Below, in pieces: positions 9,265 to 18,118 of a stretch of 64,000 bases of DNA (position 1 is the stretch's first letter; the number at the start of each line of letters is the position of its first letter). The notes beneath the pieces were generated by a model. It was not told the origin of the DNA. It was given only the letters and a program-made list of their open reading frames with translations, and searched no databases. The position numbers and the translations under genes are program-made. The stretch covers positions 310,001 to 374,000 of the IMG/VR virus record IMGVR_UViG_3300037297_000066; one strand, 5' to 3'.

Positions 9265-10310
9265 AGGCTAAGCGAGTCCAAGAGATTTACGACGAGATCG
9301 GGGGGTACATCATCGAGTTGGATCCAGATCCTGTGACCCGTGGCCCCGCCTATCTGCAGGATCTTATTGCCAAGTGTCGAGGCTACCAGAATGCCGTGAG
9401 TCTCATCTTGCATGAGGTTCATCGGGAGAAGCATGCTTTGGAGTCGAAGCTCTGGAGCTTGAAAGCTTCTTTCCAGGTATCTTCGGATGAGCTGTTGTCG
9501 GGGGACCGGCGGGTGAAAAACCTACCTTCCATTGATGATCGGAAGGCATCGATCAACACGATTCTGTGCAAGGAACGTGACCAGATCGACGAGGCAGAGA
9601 ACGAGCTGCGGGACCTAGGGTTCGTTGACAAAGCTGTGCGTCACAGGAGTAAGGAGCTCTCGGACACTATGAGCGCCATTAGACTCCAAAGATCTCTCAT
9701 TCGAGACGAGCTGGATACAGGGTCCTTCTATGGGGACGAGTCTCGTGAGTCTAGGAACCAGCAACTCTTGAAAGAGGGGTCTTTGGATGGTTTTGGGCAG
9801 GAAGAGGACTTCAGGGATCTGTTAGAAGACGCCTTTGGGGAGGATGAGTCTGAGGAAGATTCGGAAAAGTCAGAAGACGAGTCCGAGGGGGATCTGGAAG
9901 AGGTAGTCGAAGAAGACGCTTCAGAGGAGGAGCCTGAAGAGGACTTAGAGGAAGAGGGGGAGCCTGTCGAAGAAGAGCCTCTCAAACACTCGGAGGATGA
10001 GGAGGAGGACTTTGGGGATCTCTTCGAGGATGATTCTGAGGTAGTGCGGTTTTCGGAGTCCAAATCCGAGAGTTCTGATTCTGAGTTTGAAGGGCTATTC
10101 GAGGACGAGGAAGAGTCTGGGTCTGGTGACGGGGAGGCGTCCGAAAAAAGCGTTTTGTCGGAGCCTGAGGTTTCTGATGCAAACGAGTCTGAGGAGACCC
10201 CCCAAGATGTTGGGGGTGAGGACCCGGAAGATACCGACATAGACGAGTTCCTAAAAGAAGGTGGTTACGAAGACCTTTTTGAGGGACTCGAAGACGAAGA
10301 TACGGTATAA
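9261..10310 (+). CDS. Coiled-coil protein with a very long acidic C-terminal region (possible recombination mediator)
   Basis: Helical N-terminal ~155 aa, then ~190 aa dominated by E/D/S; lies beside the SSB-like and recA genes; function inferred only. Confidence 0.75.
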   Translation: MKAKRVQEIYDEIGGYIIELDPDPVTRGPAYLQDLIAKCRGYQNAVSLILHEVHREKHALESKLWSLKASFQVSSDELLSGDRRVKNLPSIDDRKASINTILCKERDQIDEAENELRDLGFVDKAVRHRSKELSDTMSAIRLQRSLIRDELDTGSFYGDESRESRNQQLLKEGSLDGFGQEEDFRDLLEDAFGEDESEEDSEKSEDESEGDLEEVVEEDASEEEPEEDLEEEGEPVEEEPLKHSEDEEEDFGDLFEDDSEVVRFSESKSESSDSEFEGLFEDEEESGSGDGEASEKSVLSEPEVSDANESEETPQDVGGEDPEDTDIDEFLKEGGYEDLFEGLEDEDTV

Positions 10311-10331
10311 GGGGAGCACCTTTCGTTCATA

Positions 10332-10365
10332 GCTGCCCCACCTTCTAGTCGCTTTGTGGGGTGGC
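10332..10365 (+). promoter_or_regulatory. Stem-loop upstream of the SSB-like gene
   Basis: GCTGCCCCAC / GTGGGGTGGC, 10-bp stem (2 G-U), 14-nt loop, no U-tract. Confidence 0.4.
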
Positions 10366-10389
10366 GTGACCCTACAAGGAGACAATCTA

Positions 10390-11250
10390 GTGCCTGATTA
10401 CTCGGAATACGAGGAGTACGAGGACGATATCGGTCTCGACTCTGACGAGGACAAGAAATTCATCAGGAGTGGTAACCAGGATTGGTTCAAAGGAGACAAA
10501 GGACGTACCTATCGAGTCGCCTTCGTCTACTTCCATCCGTTGGATGTGGTAGCTGTCATGGCTGCCAAGAAGAAGAATCCTGAGATCACTGACGAAGAGA
10601 TCGAAAAGTTGGTTCAGAAGGTTCTGTCCAAGCGGGCCGAAGAGGTTGGGAAGCCTGTCGATCAACTGGCGGATCACGAGAAGCTCGACCTGAGGAGAGT
10701 TCAGTTCAAGCGGATCAGAGCTCACTTCAAGGAAGGCTTCGGTTACGTGGTTTCCAGATTGGGCAAGGACGGCAAGGACGCTGACCGCATCTGGGAACAA
10801 CTGGGAGAGCCACGTGACTACTTTTCTACCCTCTTGTTGATCTATCCGACTGACCGAGATGGTGACGTGGACAAGGCAGAGCTGTCCAAAGGCAAGGGGT
10901 GGATAGTCAACCCTTGGAGGTTCTCTGGAAAGGTGGCTGAAAGGGTCATGAGTCTGGGCAAGTCGCTGAGGAACAACGACTTGTCTTTGGCTGCTCAGGA
11001 CCTGACCATGAAGTGTACAAATTCGGAGTACCAGAACTTCGATCTTGACCCGGCTGGGAAGGCCATTTGGCTGCAGAGTCCCAAGTTCAGGTCCAAGGTT
11101 CTGGAAGCCGCTTTGAAGCTGTACTCCAAGATGAATCCTTTCCGGGAGATGAGTACGGCAGACGTACGCATCAAGCTTGGGATCAGTGACGGTGATGTCG
11201 GAGAGTCTGTCGATGAAGAAGACTGGTCCGGCATGCTGGGCAACGTCTAG
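10390..11250 (+). CDS. Phage single-stranded DNA-binding protein-like (gp32-like)
   Basis: DWFKGDKGRTYRVAF, aromatic-rich core, acidic tail (DEEDW); context between recD2 and ruvC/recA; GTG 10390 has AAGGAG upstream. Confidence 0.55.
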   Translation: MPDYSEYEEYEDDIGLDSDEDKKFIRSGNQDWFKGDKGRTYRVAFVYFHPLDVVAVMAAKKKNPEITDEEIEKLVQKVLSKRAEEVGKPVDQLADHEKLDLRRVQFKRIRAHFKEGFGYVVSRLGKDGKDADRIWEQLGEPRDYFSTLLLIYPTDRDGDVDKAELSKGKGWIVNPWRFSGKVAERVMSLGKSLRNNDLSLAAQDLTMKCTNSEYQNFDLDPAGKAIWLQSPKFRSKVLEAALKLYSKMNPFREMSTADVRIKLGISDGDVGESVDEEDWSGMLGNV

Positions 11251-11260
11251 GTCTTGGTAG

Positions 11261-11968
11261 GTGATTACGCTTGGCATCGACCCTTCGTTGACAGGGTTTG
11301 GCTGGTGCGTGCACAACGGATCGGTCATCGGTGCCAAGCGTGTCATCGGCAAGGGGGTGTTCGAGACCTCTTCCAAGAGACCTTTCATTTGGAGGTACAT
11401 CTTCTTGCGTCAGGCCGTGTTTAAGCTGCTCGATGCCTACCCGGAAGTGGAGGCTTTGGGGGTGGAGTCACCTCCTTTTGGGGAGCAGTTCTCCGAGGGG
11501 TTGTATGGCCTGTTTATCATGGTCATCGAGGCTGTTTTCCAGAGACGTAAGAACGTAGTTTTCTTCGATCCTCTGACAGTCAAGTTGTTGGCCAAGATGG
11601 ATCCGTCCATCCGCAAAGGGCAGATGGATAAGGCCGACATGGTGGAGGCATCCAAGGCAGACACGGGGATCAAGAAATGGAACCATAATGAAGCGGATGC
11701 TTTCATCATTTCCAGATCAGCCGCTAGGTTCTGGGACTTCTACGAAGAACGAGTGGTGGAAGAGGAGTTAACCCCTTCTGAGAAACATGTGTTCGCTAGA
11801 AAGCACACCTACAAGAGAGGTCGTCGAGCTGGGCGGACGGTCAAGAAGGGTACTGTCTATCGTGAGGGGGAACGGTTCTTTCGTTTCTCCGAGCTAACAC
11901 CTGAATACGTGGATGTGAGAGTGTTGTTTGAGCGTGGAGATCGTTATGTCCGAGACCGCCAAAACTGA
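11261..11968 (+). CDS. ruvC: RuvC-like Holliday junction resolvase
   Basis: TLGIDPSLTGFGW, conserved E (GVES), K...D, HNEADA. Confidence 0.85.
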   Translation: MITLGIDPSLTGFGWCVHNGSVIGAKRVIGKGVFETSSKRPFIWRYIFLRQAVFKLLDAYPEVEALGVESPPFGEQFSEGLYGLFIMVIEAVFQRRKNVVFFDPLTVKLLAKMDPSIRKGQMDKADMVEASKADTGIKKWNHNEADAFIISRSAARFWDFYEERVVEEELTPSEKHVFARKHTYKRGRRAGRTVKKGTVYREGERFFRFSELTPEYVDVRVLFERGDRYVRDRQN

Positions 11969-13361
11969 AGCCCCGAAACAGCAGGTTAAGAGGGGTCCCG
12001 GTCGGCCTCCTAAGAATCCTGGCGCCAAGCCTGGTCCGAAACCAGGTAAGAAGTCAGTAAAGAACGCCAACGCCAATCGTTCTGCCAAGTCAGCTGCAGC
12101 AGCTAGAAATGCCATTCACAAGTATCTGAAGCAAGATCCTGTGGCTATGAATGTTTCGCAGCTTCCCCACCTCTCTACGGGGAGCTCTAGCATCGACAAC
12201 CTGATTGGAGGCACTCCGTCCAAGGACGGCAGCGGCCCTGTCTGTCCTGGCTTCCCTAGAAAGCATGTCTCGGAAGTGTTTGGTCCTGAGTCAAGTGGAA
12301 AGACCACGTTGGCTTTGGAAACCGTTGTCCGTGTTCAGAAGAATGGCGGGGTAGCCATGTTTCTGGACTTTGAGCACGCTCTTCACCATGGCTATGCAAG
12401 CGCCGTTGGGGTGGATTTTCATAAGGACAGGTTGCTTCTCTATGCCCCTGAGACTCTTGAACAGGGTTTCAAAATGATTTGGACTGCCATCCATACGGGA
12501 GTGGATCTTGTGGTGGTGGATTCCGTATCTAGCATGGTGCCCAAGTCTGAGATGGAGAAGAAGCCCGATGAGGCGGCAAAGGTAGGGGCCCAGGCAGCTT
12601 CCTTTTCGATCATGCTTCCCAAGCTGATCAACTGGCTCCACAGTGAGGCTGCTCTGAAAATCAACCCTCAAGGAACGGCCATTATTTTCTTGAACCAGGA
12701 ACGGGCTTTCATTCAGACGTCGGGGGGTAAGGGAGGTCCGAAGGCCCGGGAGGGAACCGTCAACACCTCAGGAGGGAAGGCGCTCAAGTTCTATGCCTAC
12801 GTGCGGCTGATGATGACGAAAAAGGGGCATGACACCATCAAGCGGAAGGATCGTTTCACTGGCAAAGAACGGACATACCCCTACGGTAACCACGTCACAG
12901 TCAAGGTGGTGAAGTCGAAGATCGATGCTAAGCAGGGCCATTCCTGTGACATCTTCATTCGCTACGGTCAAGGCATCGACGATTACCACAGCATCCTTCA
13001 GGGGGCGTTGTCCAATCGTCTCGTCAAGACAGGAGGGGGAGGTTACTACGAATACGAAGGACAGCGGATTCGGGGTAAAGACAAGTTCCGTCAGTACCTT
13101 GTAGACAATCCGAAGATCTTCAAGAAGCTTCGGGCAGCTGTGCTGTCGGCCGTAGTAGAAACCGAGCCTCCGGTGGAGCTGGAGGAAGATGACGATCTGA
13201 TCAGTCAGATGGAGTCGGCGTTTGAAGGGGAGGACTTCGATTTGGCAGCTGCTGTGAACGAAGAGTACGAGGGAGAGGTCATCGAGGAAGATTCTTCGGA
13301 AGAGGAGGATTCCTCTGAAGAGGGGGAGGACTCCTCAGAGGAGGGGTCGGGGGAGGACTAG
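11946..13361 (+). CDS. recA: RecA recombinase with basic N-terminal and acidic C-terminal extensions
   Basis: EVFGPESSGKTTLAL, FLDFEHAL, VVVDSVSSMVP, IFLNQ, SGGKALKFYA, VKSKI; start probably ATG 11946. Confidence 0.95.
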   Translation: MSETAKTEAPKQQVKRGPGRPPKNPGAKPGPKPGKKSVKNANANRSAKSAAAARNAIHKYLKQDPVAMNVSQLPHLSTGSSSIDNLIGGTPSKDGSGPVCPGFPRKHVSEVFGPESSGKTTLALETVVRVQKNGGVAMFLDFEHALHHGYASAVGVDFHKDRLLLYAPETLEQGFKMIWTAIHTGVDLVVVDSVSSMVPKSEMEKKPDEAAKVGAQAASFSIMLPKLINWLHSEAALKINPQGTAIIFLNQERAFIQTSGGKGGPKAREGTVNTSGGKALKFYAYVRLMMTKKGHDTIKRKDRFTGKERTYPYGNHVTVKVVKSKIDAKQGHSCDIFIRYGQGIDDYHSILQGALSNRLVKTGGGGYYEYEGQRIRGKDKFRQYLVDNPKIFKKLRAAVLSAVVETEPPVELEEDDDLISQMESAFEGEDFDLAAAVNEEYEGEVIEEDSSEEEDSSEEGEDSSEEGSGED

Positions 13362-13366
13362 TCTGA

Positions 13367-14722
13367 ATGATTGAAGTCACCATTCAGAACTTCCAGTCGA
13401 TTCGAAAGGTATCCCTTCGGATTGATCGGTTCACAGCCCTAGTGGGTCGTTCTAACATTGGCAAGTCAGCTATTGTTAGGGCGATCCGCTGTGCTCTGAC
13501 AGGAGCTGCTGGTACCGAGTTCGTTCGACACGATCCAGAGACGTGTGCTCGTCTGCTCAAGGGGAACAAGAAGTGTAAATGCTTCACCTCTGTGCGTCTC
13601 AAGATGAACGGCATTTCCTTGCTTTGGGAAAAGGGGGATGCCGTCAACAAGTACACGGTTGTCAAAGATGGGGTGGAACAGGTCTACACCAAGGTAGAGC
13701 GGGGGACCCCTGAGTTTCTGAGCCCTGAGTTTTCTTTGGTCAAAGTTGGGGACTCCAAGGATCTGGTTCAGGTTTCTGAGCAGTTTGATCCTATCTTCTT
13801 GTTGGACCAATCAGGGGCTACCGTAGCGGATGTCCTCAGTGATGTAGCAAAACTGGATAGCATCAACGAGGCCATGCGGTTGGCCGAGAAGGATCGTAGG
13901 GAGGCGGTCTCTACTCGGAAGGTTAGAGAGAAGGATCTGAAGGCCATACGTGACGAACTTTCGGCCTATGACGGTTTGGATTCTACGGTGGCTCGGGCTC
14001 GCAGGGTACAGGAGGAGTACGAGGGCGTTTTGGCAGCCTCTAAACGGCTTCAGGAGCTCGTTGCCTATCGGCAGTCTCTAAGGGACCAGGTGACAGCCGC
14101 AAAGCTTCTGAAGGCCGCTACGGAGCCAGACTTACCTGATCGTGACGTATTGAGCTCCCAGTACACGAAGGCGAGTCAGCTGGAGAAGTTGGCCCGTCGT
14201 TCGGTTCAGCTTCGAGGACTGGTCAAGTGCATGCGGGAAGCTCTAGCCCCGGATCTACCTGACCACAGTTCGCTGGAGGCGTCTCATAGCAAGGCAAAAG
14301 AGTTGGAAGTCTTTGCGGGACGTCTTGTCGTAGTTCGTAAACAGATCAAGGCTCTTTTGGTGGTGCAAGGCACCTCCCTTATGGACGAGGCACCTGTTCA
14401 GAAAGCTTTGAACCGGACTGTGTTGTTGGGAGAGTGGGCGTCTCGTGTTCGTGGGCTTGTTGGGCTGTTGAAAGGATCCGAAAAGCTTCAGCAGTCGTTG
14501 GCAGCTCCTGATGCTTGCTCGAAGCCTTTGGAGAAGGTTGTTCGTTTGGCGGCCTTTTCCCAAAGGTATGAGACTCTTGTGGGCCAGGTGGGGGATCTGG
14601 AAGAGAGTCTTGAGAGGGCTGTAGAGGATGAAAAAGGGTTGCGACAGGAGTTCAATGAGCTCGGGGCGTGTCCCACTTGTTCTCAGCGTCTTAGTCCTGA
14701 ACACATGCTGGGGCACTCCTGA
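13367..14722 (+). CDS. sbcC: SbcC/Rad50-like ATPase, N-terminal half (Walker A, coiled coil, zinc hook)
   Basis: IQNFQSI, LVGRSNIGKSAI, coiled coil, CPTC at 14669-14680, then stop; no signature or Walker B. Confidence 0.85.
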   Translation: MIEVTIQNFQSIRKVSLRIDRFTALVGRSNIGKSAIVRAIRCALTGAAGTEFVRHDPETCARLLKGNKKCKCFTSVRLKMNGISLLWEKGDAVNKYTVVKDGVEQVYTKVERGTPEFLSPEFSLVKVGDSKDLVQVSEQFDPIFLLDQSGATVADVLSDVAKLDSINEAMRLAEKDRREAVSTRKVREKDLKAIRDELSAYDGLDSTVARARRVQEEYEGVLAASKRLQELVAYRQSLRDQVTAAKLLKAATEPDLPDRDVLSSQYTKASQLEKLARRSVQLRGLVKCMREALAPDLPDHSSLEASHSKAKELEVFAGRLVVVRKQIKALLVVQGTSLMDEAPVQKALNRTVLLGEWASRVRGLVGLLKGSEKLQQSLAAPDACSKPLEKVVRLAAFSQRYETLVGQVGDLEESLERAVEDEKGLRQEFNELGACPTCSQRLSPEHMLGHS

Positions 14723-15699
14723 TGGCTATTCGATTTCTCTACCGGACAGACGTACACATGGCGGATCGATCCCCCGCTTCATGGAAGGGAGACTACCCTG
14801 CTGAGCTCTGGGAGTCCCTTCGGCAGATCGGGGAGCTGGCCAGGAAGTACCAGGTACAAGCGGTGTTGGATGGGGGAGACTACTTCCACGTCAAAGCTGC
14901 TACCCGTAACTCTCATGCCATCGTGGCCAAGACGGCTTCTTTGCATCTGTCGGAGTACTCTTGTCCGGTGTGGGCTATCGAGGGCAACCATGACATTGCC
15001 TATCGCTCTCTGGACACCTTGGATAGACAACCTCTGGGTGTACTTTTTGCCTCGGGGGTGTTTCATAAGTTGAGGAATGAGGTTTTCCGAGAAGGCTCCC
15101 TTAAGGTGAGGGTGGTGGGGGTTCCATTTGATCCTCTTCTGAAGCTGGAAGATCTTCTGGCCATCAAGAAGGAGCCCGGTGATACCCACCTGATCATGGT
15201 GGTGCATGCTCTAGCGTCGAAAGACCCTCCTCCCAACGTGAACGAGTTTTTCGGAGAGTCTGTTTTCCGGTACAGTGACCTGGTTCACGAAGGGGGCCCT
15301 GACGTAGTCTGCTTTGGACATTGGCATCGGGACCAGGGAGTTGAGGTTATTGATGGTCGCTACTTCGTCAATCCTGGAGCTATCAGCCGGGGAGCTTTGA
15401 TCAAGGAGAACCTCAATCGAATTCCGAAGGTGGTTCTCATCGAGTGTTCGGAGGAGGGGATTTCTATCTCAGCTGCTCCTCTCAAGGTGGCCCCAGCTCG
15501 GGAGGTCTTTGACCTAGAGCGTAAAGCTCGTCAAGAACGGGAGAATGAGTCCATCGAGCAATTCGTGGACAGGATTCGACAAGACGTTCAGTTGGAGGCT
15601 TCCTCTTCGGTAGAGGAAACTGTTCGATCCCTTGACTTTGCTCGTGATGTGAGGGATGCGGCTTTGGAGTATCTTGAACGAGCTAGGGCCCAAAGCTGA
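14722..15699 (+). CDS. sbcD: SbcD/Mre11-like metallophosphoesterase nuclease
   Basis: TDVH, GGDYFH, EGNHD, VVH, FGHWH, NPGAISR motifs. Confidence 0.9.
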   Translation: MAIRFLYRTDVHMADRSPASWKGDYPAELWESLRQIGELARKYQVQAVLDGGDYFHVKAATRNSHAIVAKTASLHLSEYSCPVWAIEGNHDIAYRSLDTLDRQPLGVLFASGVFHKLRNEVFREGSLKVRVVGVPFDPLLKLEDLLAIKKEPGDTHLIMVVHALASKDPPPNVNEFFGESVFRYSDLVHEGGPDVVCFGHWHRDQGVEVIDGRYFVNPGAISRGALIKENLNRIPKVVLIECSEEGISISAAPLKVAPAREVFDLERKARQERENESIEQFVDRIRQDVQLEASSSVEETVRSLDFARDVRDAALEYLERARAQS

Positions 15700-16580
15700 T
15701 GTATCTGTCTTACTCTGGCTGGAAGAAACTGAGCGACTGCGAGTTTGCCTATTGGCTGGCTTACGTTGCTCGGTTACCCATCGAGGGTGTGGACAACATG
15801 GTCAACTCCTTGTTTGGGTCGGTGTTGGGGGAACTCTTCGAGGACTTTTACAATGGGGGGTACTGGCGCAAGAATCGACGGAACGGCCTCTCTTCCGAAG
15901 AGTTCTTGGATAGTCGGACAAAGGATAAGCTGCTGCAGGTAGTTAAGGATAAGAAGCGAAAGGGACAGGTCATCCAGTGGAAGGACGAGGACCCTTTAGC
16001 TACCTACAAGTCCAAGGATGAGTTGTTGAGGGACTTGCGTCAGGGTATTCGGTCTGGGTTGGCCAGCATACGGTTTCACAGGCTAATTGGGAAAGACGCA
16101 AGGGCCGAGGTGAAGCTGGATGGTACCTTCCATAGCCATCGGATTGCTGGCCGAGCAGACTTGCTAATGACTCGGATCCCTCCTGATGAGGATCTAGTCT
16201 TGTTAGATGGCAAAGGGTCCAAACCTCACAATCGGAAGTACGTGGACCCTGACCAGTTGCGTTGGTACGGAATGCTCTACCGGCACAAGTTCAAGAGACT
16301 TCCTGACAAACTTGGTTTTCTGTTTTGGAGAGCCGGACCGGTAGAGAGCATCGATTGGCTGGCTTTTTGCGAAGACGACCTGTCAGAGCTTTTTGAACGT
16401 GTGCTAACCGTTGCGAATAGTGTAGAATCTCGCCTTGCTCGGTTAGAGAGCAGCCCTTCTCTGTCGTCTGTCAGGAAGATTTTCAGAGACCGTCCGAGCC
16501 AGTCGGCTTGTCGTTTCTGCCCTTACGCCGTCCGCAAGATTTGTCCCGAAGGGTTCTCTTTGACCCATCAATCTGACTAA
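15699..16580 (+). CDS. PD-(D/E)XK nuclease, Cas4/AddB-like with four-Cys motif
   Basis: SYS...C near the N-terminus, GRADLL, LLDGK, QLRWY, CRFCPY...C. Confidence 0.85.
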   Translation: MYLSYSGWKKLSDCEFAYWLAYVARLPIEGVDNMVNSLFGSVLGELFEDFYNGGYWRKNRRNGLSSEEFLDSRTKDKLLQVVKDKKRKGQVIQWKDEDPLATYKSKDELLRDLRQGIRSGLASIRFHRLIGKDARAEVKLDGTFHSHRIAGRADLLMTRIPPDEDLVLLDGKGSKPHNRKYVDPDQLRWYGMLYRHKFKRLPDKLGFLFWRAGPVESIDWLAFCEDDLSELFERVLTVANSVESRLARLESSPSLSSVRKIFRDRPSQSACRFCPYAVRKICPEGFSLTHQSD

Positions 16581-16589
16581 GGAACAGCA

Positions 16590-16862
16590 ATGTCTCTCGA
16601 TCGACTACAGAAGAGATTTGAGGATCTTTCTCAACGGTACCACAAGGCTTCTGGGAACAAAGCCAAGCTGGAAGCCCAGCTGGAGATGAAGAAGAAGGAG
16701 TTGACTGATCTTGTAGAAGAGATCAAGGCAGCTGGTTTCGACCCTAAGAAGCTGAAGGAGGCTGTGGACGATGCTGAGAAAGAGCTGGTAGCTCTCATGG
16801 ATGAGTACGAGTCCAAGCTCAAGAGTGTGGAAGAGGCCCTAGAAGCCTACAAAAACAGATGA
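16590..16862 (+). CDS. Small coiled-coil protein (possible missing SbcC arm segment)
   Basis: 90 aa of heptad-rich helices broken by GFDP; AAGGA upstream. Confidence 0.75.
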   Translation: MSLDRLQKRFEDLSQRYHKASGNKAKLEAQLEMKKKELTDLVEEIKAAGFDPKKLKEAVDDAEKELVALMDEYESKLKSVEEALEAYKNR

Positions 16863-18118
16863 GGATGGAGATGAAGTTCAACGCATTGGTGAAGGATTTG
16901 GTGGCATCCTTGGATGTCGTTTCTGTGGTGCCTCCCAAGTATCCGGGGGCTGACAAGAGAGATTCTGGCTACTTGTTCGTGCTCAAAGAGGACAGGTGTC
17001 TGGTCTACTCTTCTGATGGGTCTCGGGTAGTTCGGTCAGAGTTTCCTGTGACGGAGGTAGAAGGCACTGGATCCTTCGTGTATCCCGGGGATGTCAAGGC
17101 CAGCGCCCCTTTGCGATTCTTGGACCAAGATTCGGAGATCACGATGGAGGCTGGTCACGAGGAGACCGGAGACCGTTACTTCGTCAAATACCAGGTGGGC
17201 CAGGCCAAATCGGAGAAGTCCACTTACGACCCGAGGCGGTTCTCTACCTTCGACGATGCTCTACAGAGGGCCGGGGAAGGGTTCGAGGTTGTCACTTCTG
17301 TGTTGAGGACTTCCTTGCAAATGGCCAAGCCTTACGTAGCTAATAGTTCGGATCCGGACAGTGCTTTTGCTACGGTGTGCTTGTTCGACGATTCGAACGA
17401 AGCCTGGGCCGCCGGCAACGGGGTCGTTTACGCAGCCGACAACAAGGGCAGCACGGCTTTTTTCTTCCAGTGCAGTGAGTTGGAAGGAAAGGGGCTATCG
17501 GTTCATGGCCAACACCTGCCGTTCGTGGGGGCTTTTTTGTCTAGGTGTGGGGTCAAAACCCGGGTTCTTGTAGGGGAGTCGATGACTTACCTTGTCAACG
17601 ACGATAACCAGGTCTTTGGTTGGAGTCGTTGCCAGAGTAATCACGATCACTTTCGCTACCCTGCTCTGAAGAAAGACCAGTTCGTTCTGCGCATGTCTTT
17701 GGAGAGTCTCCTGAACGCTCTTCGACACATGCAAGCGGAGATGGGGTCTCAACAGAGCAGGATCAACATGCGGTATTCTCACGAAGAGAAGATCCTGCAG
17801 TTCCGTGGTAGGGGCGGTTCGAACAAGGTGCAGAGTGTCCCGGTGGCAGTCACTCCTGTGAAAGACGAGGATGAGGCTGGAGGGGGTTCTGCTGGAGACT
17901 CAGAGGACTTTAGCCTCAACGCAAACGTCAACCATCTCATTTCGTTGGTGGAGACTTCCAAAGCTCACGAGGTGAACTTGAGAGTGAGTGCCGCTGGCAA
18001 GAAAGCGTTCTTCCGGACCATCGATGAGTTCCGTTTGGACGACAAAGGGAGAGTTGTGGCTGAGGTAGATGGGACCTACTTGTGCAGCGTGACACGATTT
18101 GCAACGACCCAAGCCTAG
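16859..18118 (+). CDS. dnaN: DNA polymerase sliding clamp (beta, DnaN-like), divergent
   Basis: 419 aa with three-domain periodicity; SSDG/AADN segments equivalent to beta-clamp ATD motifs, FRYP, FSLNANVNHL; context with holA/holB/dnaX. Confidence 0.65.
   Translation: MRMEMKFNALVKDLVASLDVVSVVPPKYPGADKRDSGYLFVLKEDRCLVYSSDGSRVVRSEFPVTEVEGTGSFVYPGDVKASAPLRFLDQDSEITMEAGHEETGDRYFVKYQVGQAKSEKSTYDPRRFSTFDDALQRAGEGFEVVTSVLRTSLQMAKPYVANSSDPDSAFATVCLFDDSNEAWAAGNGVVYAADNKGSTAFFFQCSELEGKGLSVHGQHLPFVGAFLSRCGVKTRVLVGESMTYLVNDDNQVFGWSRCQSNHDHFRYPALKKDQFVLRMSLESLLNALRHMQAEMGSQQSRINMRYSHEEKILQFRGRGGSNKVQSVPVAVTPVKDEDEAGGGSAGDSEDFSLNANVNHLISLVETSKAHEVNLRVSAAGKKAFFRTIDEFRLDDKGRVVAEVDGTYLCSVTRFATTQA

Noticed and set aside
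10332-10370. H-type pseudoknot in the SSB leader (loop GTCGC with downstream GTGAC)
   Set aside because: The second stem would start immediately after a 10-bp first stem with a zero-length connecting loop, which is sterically implausible
10387-11400. 337-aa minus-strand ORF (also 26715-27896, 29072-29989, 37891-38310, 40582-41388, 45434-46096)
   Set aside because: They lie antisense to well-supported + strand genes, have no recognisable motifs, and are explained by codon bias or low-complexity sequence on the coding strand
15699-16580. CRISPR-Cas locus implied by the Cas4-like gene
   Set aside because: No cas1/cas2, effector gene or array is nearby; the context is recombination genes
18082-18118. 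Programmed -1 frameshift joining the clamp to the SbcC C-terminal half
   Set aside because: The ORFs overlap in the -1 frame and the SbcC-C start lacks a good RBS, but no slippery heptamer is visible; left as an unsupported possibility
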